Positions 46,424 to 56,213 of a stretch of 64,000 nucleotides of DNA are shown in pieces (position 1 is the first letter of the stretch; each line of letters begins with the position of its first letter). The notes under the pieces were generated by a model, which was given only the letters and a program-made list of their open reading frames with translations, had not been told where the DNA came from and made no database searches. A program made the translations under genes and the position numbers. The DNA comes from Acidimicrobiia bacterium. Lineage in GTDB: Bacteria > Actinomycetota > Acidimicrobiia > Spongiisociales > ZC4RG35. The DNA is taken from NCBI GenBank assembly GCA_965215185.1, contig OZ244034.1:288001-352000 (forward strand). Reading direction: 5' to 3'.

Positions 46424-48366
46424 CATCGTTGACTCGACGGCTGACGAGAATGCCCCGCCCGCTCCTGTACCTCGGGGCAGCCGTCGTGGTGCTGGGAGGG
46501 TTGACCGTCCTGTTGCCGGAGAGCATCGGGGCATTCCCGGCCGAGTGGGATATCGGGCTCGGCCCGGCGGTGAACGAGGTACAGCAGTGGTGGATCAGCA
46601 ATCGCCGCGATCTGGGCGTGTATCTGTATTTCTTCGACCCGTTTTCCGACTCCATCGACTGGCTCCTGCGGGCCTTCGAGAACCTGCTGCTTGCCATTCC
46701 CTGGTATGTGCACGTACTGGGAGCGGGTTTAGTCTTCGGCCGCTTGCTGGGAAGGTCGGGAGGCGTGGCGGCGGCGGCGGGCATGGTCTATTTTGTGGCG
46801 CTAGGGCTCTGGCAGCAGAGCGTTCAGACCTTTGCTCTGATGACGGTGGCGGTGGTCCTTGCGGTGGTGATCGGGATGCCGATCGGGATACTGGCCGCCC
46901 GAAGCGAATGGGTGAACAGGGGGTTGAGGCCGGTGCTCGATTCCATGCAGACCCTTCCCGCTTTTGTGTACCTCATTCCCGTCCTGCTCTTCTTTGGAGT
47001 GGCCCGCGTGCCCTCGTTGATAGCCACGATTATCTATGCGCTACCCCCGGTTATCCGGCTTACCAATCTGGGCATTCGGCAGGTACCCATCGAAAGCCTG
47101 GAGGCAGGAAGGATGTTCGGCACAACGTCGGGCCAATTGCTCCGGAAGGTGCAGTTGCCACAGGCCGCTCCCTCCATAATGGCGGGAATAAACCAGACCA
47201 TCATGATGGCGCTGAGCATCGTAGTGATTGCAGCCATGATCGGTGCAGGAGGTTTGGGACAGGAGGTGTTGTTGGCCCTTCGCAACCAGGCAGTGGGTCG
47301 AGCGGTGGAAGCCGGGATGGCCATTGTCCTGATGGCCGTGATGCTGGACCGATTCTCTCACTCCCTGGTGGGACAGGGCCAGGCAGGGGCTGGGTTTTCC
47401 TTGGGAGACTGGAGGCATAAGGGTTGGTGGATTGGGGGGCTGGCGCTGGCCGCAGTGGCGATCGTCGGTTGGTCAGCGGGGTGGAACGACTATCCGGAGG
47501 CCCTGCAGTTCAGTTACGCGGCACCCATCGACTGGATGGTGGACTGGGCGAGGGACAACCTCTACCAACTGGGCAACCTACCGCTGGGCACCGGACCCTT
47601 CAGCGATTTTCTCACCACCTATGGCACCCGGCCGATGAGGCTATACCTCAGTTCGGAGGCTTGGCCGGCCGTCGTGTTTTTTGTCGGATTCGTGGCTTGG
47701 TGGGCGTCTGGCAAACGGTTAGTGGTCGGGTCGGTGATAGGAACCTTTGCCATCGGCCTCTTGGGTATGTGGACTTTGACCATGGACACCTTGTCACAGA
47801 CGGTGGTGGCGGTGCTGATTGCTATTGTGATCGGACTTCCCCTGGGGGTGGCGGCATCTCGGAGGGACTGGTTGGAGAGAGGCATGCGCCCTGTCTTGGA
47901 CACGTTGCAGACCATCCCCAGCTTTTGTTTCCTGGTACCGGTGGTGATCCTTTTTAATGTCGGCCGGATACCGGGAATCATCGCTTCGGTCCTGTATGCC
48001 ATTGCGCCGGTGGTGAGGCTAACCAACCTGGGAATTCGCAGCGTCGAGAGCGAAATTGTCGAAGCCTCCGAGTCATTTGGGGTCACTCGGCGCCAAAAGC
48101 TGTGGAAGATTCAGTTTCCCCTGGCCATGCCCACTGTATTGGCGGGGATCAACCAGACAGTGATGCTGGTGTTGGCCATGGTGGTGATCGCCGGGCTGGT
48201 GGGAGGCGCAGGACTGGGACTGGAAGCCGTCAAGGGGTTGGCCAGAAGCGATACGGGTCTGGGATTTGAAGCAGGCGCTTCAATAGTGATTCTGGCCATG
48301 ATCTTGGATCGGATTACCCAAGGGTGGGCGGCTCGTTTCCAACCTCCCGCGGCGGACAAGACTTAA
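46420..48366 (+). CDS. Double-domain ProW-type ABC permease
   Basis: Two copies of RPVLDxxQT...RLTNLGIR...GINQT; ATGA overlap with the ATPase gene. Confidence 0.92.
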   Translation: MTSLTRRLTRMPRPLLYLGAAVVVLGGLTVLLPESIGAFPAEWDIGLGPAVNEVQQWWISNRRDLGVYLYFFDPFSDSIDWLLRAFENLLLAIPWYVHVLGAGLVFGRLLGRSGGVAAAAGMVYFVALGLWQQSVQTFALMTVAVVLAVVIGMPIGILAARSEWVNRGLRPVLDSMQTLPAFVYLIPVLLFFGVARVPSLIATIIYALPPVIRLTNLGIRQVPIESLEAGRMFGTTSGQLLRKVQLPQAAPSIMAGINQTIMMALSIVVIAAMIGAGGLGQEVLLALRNQAVGRAVEAGMAIVLMAVMLDRFSHSLVGQGQAGAGFSLGDWRHKGWWIGGLALAAVAIVGWSAGWNDYPEALQFSYAAPIDWMVDWARDNLYQLGNLPLGTGPFSDFLTTYGTRPMRLYLSSEAWPAVVFFVGFVAWWASGKRLVVGSVIGTFAIGLLGMWTLTMDTLSQTVVAVLIAIVIGLPLGVAASRRDWLERGMRPVLDTLQTIPSFCFLVPVVILFNVGRIPGIIASVLYAIAPVVRLTNLGIRSVESEIVEASESFGVTRRQKLWKIQFPLAMPTVLAGINQTVMLVLAMVVIAGLVGGAGLGLEAVKGLARSDTGLGFEAGASIVILAMILDRITQGWAARFQPPAADKT

Positions 48367-48484
48367 AAATCCCGATCTTCACGCAACGGGAACCATGTTT
48401 TTGCAGCACCGGATAGTCCGTTAAGGTCGAGGCAGTCCTAAGATTGTGACAAAATGTAAAGAGTCGAGCGAAAGGAACATTTCA

Positions 48485-49420
48485 GTGAAACGGACAGCAA
48501 TTTTCAAAACCTCTCTTTTCTTGGCGGTTTCTGCCCTGCTAGTTGCCGCCTGCGGCGATGACCTTGGTGATACCGACACCATCAAGATGGCTGTCAATCC
48601 CTGGGGGGGTTCGGCGGCCAACGTGGCGGTGGCCAAGGCAGTGTTGGAGAGTGTGGGTTACACGGTGGAAACAGTTGACATAGACGAGAACGCTCAATGG
48701 GCGGCAATCGCCACTGGTGACTTGCATGGCAGTTTGGAAGTGTGGCCTTCCGGGCATGCTGACAATGTGGCTTCCTACATCGATGGCGGCGGCGGAGTCG
48801 TCAACGGCGGTGAACTGGGAGCAGTGGGCAAGATCAGTTGGTGGATCCCCTCCTATGTGGTGGATGAGAACCCGGCTGCAGGTTCCTGGGAAGGTCTCCA
48901 GGATCCTGCTATAGCCCAGTTGTATGCCACCGCCGAGTCCGGTGACAAGGGACAGTTCCTGATCGGGGACCCGAGCTGGGTTTCCTATGAGCAGGACATA
49001 ATCGACAATCTGGGACTCGACCTGGAAGTGGTTTATGCTGGCTCCGAAGAGGCGATTCTGGCGGCTTTGGATTCGGCTTCGAGCCGCGGTGAACCGTTAC
49101 TGTTCTACTTCTGGACGCCCCATGTGGCATTCGCCAAATATGACATCACCGAGTTTGAGTTGCCGCCCTACTCGGACGAGTGCTATGCCTCAGCGGCGGT
49201 CGACTGTGACTATCCCGCCGATGTCCTGTTCAAGATCATGTGGGACCAGTTGGAGGACCAAGCGCCAACCGCGTTCGCCATTCTCTCCAACTTCAACTAC
49301 GCCAACGAAGATCAGATCTTCATGTTGGGCCTGATGGATGAAGGCATGTCCGTGGACGAGGCTGCTGCCGAATGGATGGCTGCCAACGAGTCCGTCTGGC
49401 AAAGTTGGATTCCAAGCTAA
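48485..49420 (+). CDS. Quaternary-amine ABC substrate-binding lipoprotein (ProX family)
   Basis: Lipobox LVAAC; NPW, EVWP, GDPSW, FWTPH. Confidence 0.88.
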   Translation: MKRTAIFKTSLFLAVSALLVAACGDDLGDTDTIKMAVNPWGGSAANVAVAKAVLESVGYTVETVDIDENAQWAAIATGDLHGSLEVWPSGHADNVASYIDGGGGVVNGGELGAVGKISWWIPSYVVDENPAAGSWEGLQDPAIAQLYATAESGDKGQFLIGDPSWVSYEQDIIDNLGLDLEVVYAGSEEAILAALDSASSRGEPLLFYFWTPHVAFAKYDITEFELPPYSDECYASAAVDCDYPADVLFKIMWDQLEDQAPTAFAILSNFNYANEDQIFMLGLMDEGMSVDEAAAEWMAANESVWQSWIPS

Positions 49421-49440
49421 GCCTTCGAACACTATCTAAC

Positions 49441-49475
49441 AGTGAGGCCGCCCATCTGGGTGGCCTCACTCCTTT
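49441..49475 (+). terminator. Stem-loop terminator after the SBP gene
   Basis: AGTGAGGCCGCCC...GGGTGGCCTCACT followed by CCTTT. Confidence 0.7.
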
Positions 49476-49802
49476 AACCGACATCACCAAAGGGACTCCG
49501 ACGCCCACCAAACCGGGTCAAGGCTATCCGGTTCGACCCCCGCCGGTTAGCTTGTTGTAATGGAAGGAGAGTGCGGCGGGCGTCAAGAAACAACGACGAC
49601 GCCATGCGGTGGGAGGGTTGTTCTTCGCAGTACTCTTGATCATCGCCGAAGAAGTGGTCGAGATTGAGTTCTAGGGCGAGGCGGTGCTCGGGCTGCGGTT
49701 GAGGATGCTCAAGCCGCGAGGGTGTTTGGGAATCCGTCGTTTTGACTATTCGGCGGCAATCGCCGAAGTTGGGGAAGGCACAACACAGTAGGAAGGTGTC
49801 CA

Positions 49803-50690
49803 TTGTTTGAGAGTCTTTTGGCAGATAAGGGGATTCTTGTGGCCGATGGCGCTATGGGAACAACCCTGTTCGACTTGGGGCTGGAGAGCGGCGAGTCTCC
49901 GGAGAGGCTTAATGTCGAGCAACCGGAAATGATTGCCCAGGTGCACAGAAACTTTGTGGAAGCGGGAGCTGACCTGATTCTCACCAACACCTTCGGCGGC
50001 AACCGGCGCCGTATGGCTTTGCACCGTTTGGAGGAGCAGGTGGGCAGTTTTAACCGGGCTGGCGTGACAATCGCTCGGAAAGTCGCGTCAGAGGCAAAAA
50101 GGCCGGTGGTGGTGGCGGCAAGTGTGGGTCCCACCGGGGACTTGTTCGAACCCTTGGGTCTGCTGAGTCACGCTGAGGGGGTGGAGGCTTTTTCCGAACA
50201 GATGGATGCACTGGTGGAGGCCGGCGCAGATCTGTTGTGGATAGAGACTTTGTCTGCCTGGGAGGAGATCGCGGCAGCCACCGAAGCGGCGTCTGCCTTT
50301 CCCGTCCCCCACGCGGTGACTCTCAGTTTCGATACCCACGGCCGAACCATGATGGGGTTTCGGCCTTCGGAATTCGGTCAGTGGTGGACGGATCTTTCTC
50401 CACAGCGTCGGCCTGTCGCCTTGGGCGCCAACTGTGGGACGGGTTTGGATGAGGCGCTGACGGCTGCAGCGGCCATCAAGGTGGCCGCTCCCGAGGCGCC
50501 CGTCATCGTCAAATCAAACTGCGGCATCCCGGTCTTCCAGCAGGGAAGGCTGACCTATCCGCGGGGTCCCGAGCAAATGGACAACTACACCCGCCGCGCA
50601 CTGGAGGCGGGATGCACCATTGTCGGGACGTGCTGTGGCTCAACTCCTCAGCACACTCGGGGTATCCGCTCCACGCTGGAGTTGCTTTGA
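49803..50690 (+). CDS. Stand-alone homocysteine S-methyltransferase domain (Bmt / split MetH)
   Basis: DGAMGT, AGADLILTNTFG, SVGPTG, WIET, GANC, GTCCG Zn ligands. Confidence 0.9.
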   Translation: MFESLLADKGILVADGAMGTTLFDLGLESGESPERLNVEQPEMIAQVHRNFVEAGADLILTNTFGGNRRRMALHRLEEQVGSFNRAGVTIARKVASEAKRPVVVAASVGPTGDLFEPLGLLSHAEGVEAFSEQMDALVEAGADLLWIETLSAWEEIAAATEAASAFPVPHAVTLSFDTHGRTMMGFRPSEFGQWWTDLSPQRRPVALGANCGTGLDEALTAAAAIKVAAPEAPVIVKSNCGIPVFQQGRLTYPRGPEQMDNYTRRALEAGCTIVGTCCGSTPQHTRGIRSTLELL

Positions 50691-51125
50691 GAACCGACCT
50701 GCGCCATGACTGAAGCGGCTGCAAGCTCATGCAGTTGCAGGCCGAGGGCCGAGATTGCGTTGTAGTCACTCGAGATCGGAAAAACCGTCCCGGTAAGTTG
50801 TCTCCGGTGGAAGCATGCCGGATACTCAATGCCCCACGACCAACATTGAGGAATGCCTTGGGTCGATCCATGCCCATTTCCCCACCGGGTTAGTGAAAAG
50901 GCGGCGGTTAGATCCGAGAAGTCTCGCAAGAAGTAACCACGCCCTCCTCTGTCAAAAGAGATCCTTCGGTTGATGGGCCTGGCACATCAACAACCTCTCC
51001 CGGGCCGCCAACTATGCGATCGGGATGCTTTGCACCAATTAGGGCCAAAGTCCCGGGGGTCATCGACCTTCGAGGCCACGTGATGAAGCCGGAGCGAAGA
51101 ATGTTGGTTTGTCCCCGTCTATTCA

Positions 51126-51140
51126 TACACTGCCCATATG
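51126..51140 (+). promoter_or_regulatory. Leaderless promoter -10 element for dinG
   Basis: TACACT-N6-ATG, no Shine-Dalgarno. Confidence 0.55.
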
Positions 51141-54134
51141 CGGTTTGTGGTCTTTGACTTGGAAGCAAATGCGGACCATCCCCACCCGGAGGGCCAGGAA
51201 ATTATCGAGATCGGTGCTTTGCTGGTGGAGGAAGAGGAGGTGGTCGACGAATTTGTGAGCTTGCTGGCACCCACCCCAGGTCGAAAGCTGGCTTCGCTGA
51301 CTGTCGATTTGACCGGCCTCACCGACGAAGACCTGAAAGGCGCTCCGGCCCGGACGCCCACCCTGGAGCGTTTTCTGGAATTCTGTGGCGATCTGCCGCT
51401 GGTGGCACACAATGGCAGCACTTACGATCTGCTGTTGCTCCTGGCCGAACTGGGGAGGTCGGGGTTGCCAGTGCCCCTGGGAAAGTCCCTTGATACCCTC
51501 GAGTTGGCTCACTTGGTGTTTCCCCGCGCCGGGAAAGAGTCAACTGCCGACATTTTGGGAAGAATGCCTCCCCGCTCCCGTCGCCTGACGGAACTGGCGG
51601 ACCACTATGGGGTCAAGGAAAACTGGGGGCCGGCTCATCGAGCCTTGTCCGATGCCCGGATGGTGTGGGGCGTAATGAGAGGGATGCTGGAAAACTTGAA
51701 CAGCGATGACCCCGCCCGGCGCGCCCAGCGATGGCTGCTGGAGGTCACCGATCACCCCTGGGCAATGTTTTGCCGGCCCGATGTGCGCAGCCTGGCAAAT
51801 GTCTATAGGCCCGATTTGGTGGAGATCATCCCCTTTACGCCGGCGTTGGTTGAAGAAAAGAGCCCGCCCATTTGGCCGCGCCAGGACGATGAAATCCAGG
51901 AGGAAGATGAGGAGGTACAAGTGGATCTCAATGATTTGGTTGCGCCCCTCACCGGGGGATGGGAGTTGATGGCCGAGGGAATGGAGCGTCGCCCCGCCCA
52001 GGAGAAGATGGCAATGCAAGTGGCCGCCGCTCTTGCCCACTCTGAGAACCTGATGGTGGAGGCGGCCACCGGCACCGGCAAGACCCTCGCCTATTTGGTT
52101 CCCGCCTGCCGGCTGGCCGAAGCATGTGACACCCAGGTGTTGATCTCGACTTACACCAAGGCTCTTCAGGATCAGGTCTGCCAAACCATTCTGGAATTAT
52201 CTCATCGTATGGCGCCGGTTCGCTGGACGGTGCTGAAAGGCCTGAGCAACTATGTGTCGGTGAGCGCCCTGGCTGACGAGTTGGCAATGGTCGATCCCAT
52301 GGAGTCCGGCCAGTTAGTGAACAATCCGCTCTTCCAGGATCAGATCGCTGAACCGGTTTCCGATCATCATTTCGGGCTGGCCTTGGCGGTGGTGGTTGGC
52401 TGGGCAGCGGAGACCCCCACCGGGGAATGGGACGATCTGCGGGATGGGTGGCTTAGAAGACACAACCCGACCATGTATCGGCTCCGTTCCCGGCTGTCCA
52501 TGACCGAATCACCGGGCCGGGCCCGCGGCGACTTGGAGAGGCGGTGCTTTTTTCGCCGGGCCTTGAAGCGGCTGTCCGAAGCGCAGATCGTTGTGGCCAA
52601 TCACACTTTGATGTTGGTTCGTGATCAGATGACTGCAGAGAGTCCCCACCTAGTGGTGGATGAGGCGCACGAGTTGGAGTCCGCTGCCCGGTCCGCCTTT
52701 ACCGGGACGGTGGGTGAAGGTAACCTGTGGCGGTTCCTCTCATCGGTCTACGGCACCAAGTCCTCCGCGAATCTGCTCTACCGGTATTTGCGCTCCCTTC
52801 CAGCCGGTCCGGCCCGCGACCGTGGTCAGGCCAGAGCGGAACAAGTATCCCAACACTGGCGCCGCTGCCAATCCCCCATCGAGGAGGTTCGGGAGGTCCT
52901 GATGGATTTCTTCCAGGATACGCGGGGGTGGTCGGGCGTTTGGAACGACGAGCCGTTCTCCTCCCGCATCACCAGGGTGGACCTCAACCGTTCAAGCTGG
53001 CAAACGGTGACCAAGACCCTGGAGGGTCTGGCCGAATCGGTCTGGTATCTGGGAGAGGCGGTTACGGCTCTGCCGGTCCCCGACCGTCTGGGCGGGGACC
53101 GATCTTCCCGGGAACTTAAGCGCCGGATCGCCCAGGTGGGCGGCGAAGCCAAAACCATCGCCGAGTTGCTGTACAAGTTGGTCAACATCGAGCCTGACGA
53201 CTTGTTGGAGGGGGCCTTCGTTTGCGATTTGAACCTTTGGGAGGAGAAATGGACCTGGGAGTTGCGGGCGGTTCCCCTGGAGGTGAATACCAAGCTGCAA
53301 GAGATATGGGACGAGAAAGAGTCAGTGGTGATGACCTCTGCCACTCTCACGGTGGCTGGCTCGTTCGACTACATAGCCACCGGTTTGGGCTTCGCGGAGA
53401 GTCGACAGGTGCTTTTGGAGAACCCTTTCCCGGATCTCGACCGTCAGATGTTGGTAATCATCCCCGGATATCTCCCCAACCCCAGCGGATCGAGTCTGGA
53501 AGAGTTCGCGGAGGCTTCCCAGGCGGAGATGGCTCGGCTGTTTGAGGTGAGCCAGGGTCGGGCCTTGGTCCTCTTCACCGCCAACGGGCGTATGCAACGG
53601 GCCTCTCAGTATTTGCAGGAGCGGCTTTTTCCCCGGTTTGCGGTGCTCTGCCAGGGCGAGGGCTCGGTGCCGGAGTTGACCGAGATCTTTCGCAATCCTT
53701 CCCAGCCCACCTGCCTGTTGGGAAGCGGAACCTTCTGGCAGGGCATAGATGTTCCCGGGGACGCCCTGAGTCTGCTGGTGATGGAGAAGCTTCCCTTCAA
53801 ATCACCCGATGACCCGGTGGTGGCTGCTCGACAAGAGGTAATCGCCCGCCGAGGCGGCCGACCATTCGACGACTACCTCCTTCCCGAGGCGGTGCTGGGA
53901 TTCCGGCAGGGCGCCGGTCGACTGATCCGCTCCCCCCGTGATCGAGGGGTATTGGTGGTGATGGACAAACGCCTGGGCTTTGCCCGCTATGCCTCCGCTT
54001 TCCTGGACAGCCTCACCGGCTCCCCTCCGGTGTTGAAAGCCGCCCTGCCCAATCAGTGTTATCAGGCCATTGCCCGACACTTGGGGGCGGAAACGGGTGC
54101 GATCAAATCGGACGGCGACGCCGGGAGGAAATGA
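51138..54134 (+). CDS. dinG: DEDDh 3'-5' exonuclease fused to a DinG-family helicase
   Basis: FDLE, AHN..YD, HRALSDA; EAATGTGKT, DEAH, TSATL, FWQGIDVPG, QGAGRLIR. Confidence 0.9.
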   Translation: MRFVVFDLEANADHPHPEGQEIIEIGALLVEEEEVVDEFVSLLAPTPGRKLASLTVDLTGLTDEDLKGAPARTPTLERFLEFCGDLPLVAHNGSTYDLLLLLAELGRSGLPVPLGKSLDTLELAHLVFPRAGKESTADILGRMPPRSRRLTELADHYGVKENWGPAHRALSDARMVWGVMRGMLENLNSDDPARRAQRWLLEVTDHPWAMFCRPDVRSLANVYRPDLVEIIPFTPALVEEKSPPIWPRQDDEIQEEDEEVQVDLNDLVAPLTGGWELMAEGMERRPAQEKMAMQVAAALAHSENLMVEAATGTGKTLAYLVPACRLAEACDTQVLISTYTKALQDQVCQTILELSHRMAPVRWTVLKGLSNYVSVSALADELAMVDPMESGQLVNNPLFQDQIAEPVSDHHFGLALAVVVGWAAETPTGEWDDLRDGWLRRHNPTMYRLRSRLSMTESPGRARGDLERRCFFRRALKRLSEAQIVVANHTLMLVRDQMTAESPHLVVDEAHELESAARSAFTGTVGEGNLWRFLSSVYGTKSSANLLYRYLRSLPAGPARDRGQARAEQVSQHWRRCQSPIEEVREVLMDFFQDTRGWSGVWNDEPFSSRITRVDLNRSSWQTVTKTLEGLAESVWYLGEAVTALPVPDRLGGDRSSRELKRRIAQVGGEAKTIAELLYKLVNIEPDDLLEGAFVCDLNLWEEKWTWELRAVPLEVNTKLQEIWDEKESVVMTSATLTVAGSFDYIATGLGFAESRQVLLENPFPDLDRQMLVIIPGYLPNPSGSSLEEFAEASQAEMARLFEVSQGRALVLFTANGRMQRASQYLQERLFPRFAVLCQGEGSVPELTEIFRNPSQPTCLLGSGTFWQGIDVPGDALSLLVMEKLPFKSPDDPVVAARQEVIARRGGRPFDDYLLPEAVLGFRQGAGRLIRSPRDRGVLVVMDKRLGFARYASAFLDSLTGSPPVLKAALPNQCYQAIARHLGAETGAIKSDGDAGRK

Positions 54135-54585
54135 CGCCGGTATTGAAGCCGGCACAGTGCAGTCCGCCGGCGAACCGGGCGTGCTCTATTTTCAGGCAGC
54201 GATCCTGCACAACTTGCATTCCTGCCTCTCGGGCGCGCCGGGCGGCTTCCTCGTGGCGAAGCCCCAACTGGAACCAGACCACCTTGGCGCCGACTTCGAT
54301 AGCCTCCTCCACCACTGCGGGGAGTTGATCCTGGCGGCGGAACACGTCGACGATGTCGGGAGGCTCGGGAAGGTCGGCCAGGCTCGGGAAGGTGGGGATC
54401 CCCAGCACTTCGGAGTAGGCGGGGTTGACCGGGCGAACTATGTAGGGGGTGCGGACCAGGTAGGTGGCCACGAAATTAGAAGAGCGAAGCGGATTGGCGG
54501 AGACCCCCACCAACGCCACGCTGCGCGCTCGGCGGAGTATGGCTAACCGCTCGGCGGCGGTGGCGTCGTGAGCAAACTCAGACAC
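54103..54585 (-). CDS. CoA-binding protein (YccU-like)
   Basis: VGVSANPLRSS, PVNP, DIVDVFRR, WFQLG, DRCLKIEH. Confidence 0.92.
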   Translation of the reverse strand: MSEFAHDATAAERLAILRRARSVALVGVSANPLRSSNFVATYLVRTPYIVRPVNPAYSEVLGIPTFPSLADLPEPPDIVDVFRRQDQLPAVVEEAIEVGAKVVWFQLGLRHEEAARRAREAGMQVVQDRCLKIEHARFAGGLHCAGFNTGVISSRRRRPI

Positions 54586-55873
54586 GGGCGGCCTCCGACA
54601 GCGCACCGTCCAAGTCGGCCAGAATGTCCTCGATGTCTTCCAATCCCACTGAGATGCGGATGGTATCGTCCCCCACGCCTGCCGCGGCTCGGGCTTCGGG
54701 AGAGACCTGTTGGTGGGTGGTGGAGGCGGGATGGATCACCAGCGTCTTGGTATCGCCCACATTGGCCAGGTGACTGGCAAGGCGTACCGACTCGATGAAG
54801 CGCACGCCCGCCGCGTAACCCTTGTTGAGCCCGAAGGTGAACACGGCGCCCGGGCCAGCCGGGGTGTATTTTTCGACGAGTTCCCTCCCCGGACTGTCGG
54901 GAAATATCGGATAGCTCACCCACGACACGGCTGGATGCTCAGCCAAGAAGACCGCAACCTCCCGGGCGTTTTGGACATGACGTTCCATCCGCAGGGACAG
55001 GGTCTCCAGCCCCAATAGCAAGAAGAAAGAGTTGAAAGGGGAGATGGCGGCGCCCACGTCGCGCAGCAACTCGGCGCGTGCCTTGGTGAGGTAGGCGTAT
55101 TCGCGGAAATTCTCCCAGAAGCGCAGGCCGTGATAGGCGGGGGAAGGGTCGGTCAACACCCCGAACCGGCCGTTGTCCCACGGGAAAAGGCCCGACTCCA
55201 CGATCACTCCCGCGATCACCACCCCATGTCCACCGATGAATTTGGTGGCCGAGTGGACCACTACGTCCGCTCCCCACTCGAAGGGCCGGCATAGCCAGGG
55301 GGAGGCGAAGGTGTTGTCGATCATCAGGGGGATCCCGTGGTGGTGGGCGAGCTCTGCGATCGGCTCGATGTCCAAGATATCCCCTCGGGGATTGCCGATC
55401 GTTTCTCCGTACACCAGCTTGGTTCGATCGGTTATGGCCTCTTCGATGTTCTCCAACCGGGAGGCGTCCACGAAGGTGGTGTGGATTCCCATGCGCCGAA
55501 GCGTGACGTCGAATTGGGTGATGGTGCCGCCATACAGGTTGCGGGCTGCCACGATCTCATCGCCTTCTTGACAGAGCGTGAGCACCGCCACCAACTGGGC
55601 AGCCTGTCCCGAAGCGGTGGCCAGTCCCCCCAAACCGCCTTCGAGCGAGGCTATCCGCTCCTCAAAGGCGGCGGTGGTGGGGTTGCTGATCCGTGTGTAG
55701 ATGTCCCCGTAGTTCTGGAGAGCAAACAGGTCGGCAGCCGACTGAGCGTCCTCGAAGACGAAGGAACTGGTGGCGTAGATGGGCATGGCTCGGGCCCCGG
55801 TCTCGGGGTCGGGTCGTTGTCCGGCGTGTATGGAGCGGGTGGCAAAACCCGCCAAGTATTCAGAAAAGGCCAC
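54578..55873 (-). CDS. metY: O-acetylhomoserine sulfhydrylase / aminocarboxypropyltransferase
   Basis: YTRISNPT, ASGQAA, DNTFA, HSATKFIGGHG (PLP Lys), ANVGD, HPASTTH; GTG start preceded by TAAACT-N7. Confidence 0.92.
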   Translation of the reverse strand: MAFSEYLAGFATRSIHAGQRPDPETGARAMPIYATSSFVFEDAQSAADLFALQNYGDIYTRISNPTTAAFEERIASLEGGLGGLATASGQAAQLVAVLTLCQEGDEIVAARNLYGGTITQFDVTLRRMGIHTTFVDASRLENIEEAITDRTKLVYGETIGNPRGDILDIEPIAELAHHHGIPLMIDNTFASPWLCRPFEWGADVVVHSATKFIGGHGVVIAGVIVESGLFPWDNGRFGVLTDPSPAYHGLRFWENFREYAYLTKARAELLRDVGAAISPFNSFFLLLGLETLSLRMERHVQNAREVAVFLAEHPAVSWVSYPIFPDSPGRELVEKYTPAGPGAVFTFGLNKGYAAGVRFIESVRLASHLANVGDTKTLVIHPASTTHQQVSPEARAAAGVGDDTIRISVGLEDIEDILADLDGALSEAARV

Positions 55874-55931
55874 GGGCCGGAGTTTAGGGACTTTCGCCCA
55901 CCCCCGACCCGCGGCTGGGGCGGTTGATTGG

Positions 55932-56213
55932 CTACTGGTCGTTGTGGCTGGCCACCGGGTTCTTACGAGGCCGGGACGAGGCCGCAACCGGGATGTTGAG
56001 AATCAGAACGCCGTTTTCATAGCTGCTGGTCGTCTCTGAAATGTCGAGGTCGTTTCCAATTACGAACTTGCGGCGAAAGCTCCCACTGGGGCGTTCCACG
56101 AAGAAAACGCGAGCGTTCTCCGGGCGGGCGCTGGCGGTGTCCCTATGGGCGGAGACGGTGAGGGTGTTCTTGGACACCTCCACATCAATCAACTCGGGGT
56201 CCATCCCCGGCAT
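55932..56213 (-). CDS. Small heat shock protein (Hsp20), N-terminus apparently missing
   Basis: MPGMDP, ERPSGSFRRKF, SYENGVLILNIP. Confidence 0.75.
   Translation of the reverse strand: MPGMDPELIDVEVSKNTLTVSAHRDTASARPENARVFFVERPSGSFRRKFVIGNDLDISETTSSYENGVLILNIPVAASSRPRKNPVASHNDQ

Noticed and set aside
51020-51065. SAM-I riboswitch-like words on the minus strand (GGGAC..TGGCCC, GGTGC.AA)
   Set aside because: P1 ATC/GAT and GCAACC elements not found, and no downstream gene on that strand
54103-54134. Convergent 3' overlap of dinG and the CoA-binding gene
   Set aside because: Short tail-to-tail overlaps are common in GC-rich genomes
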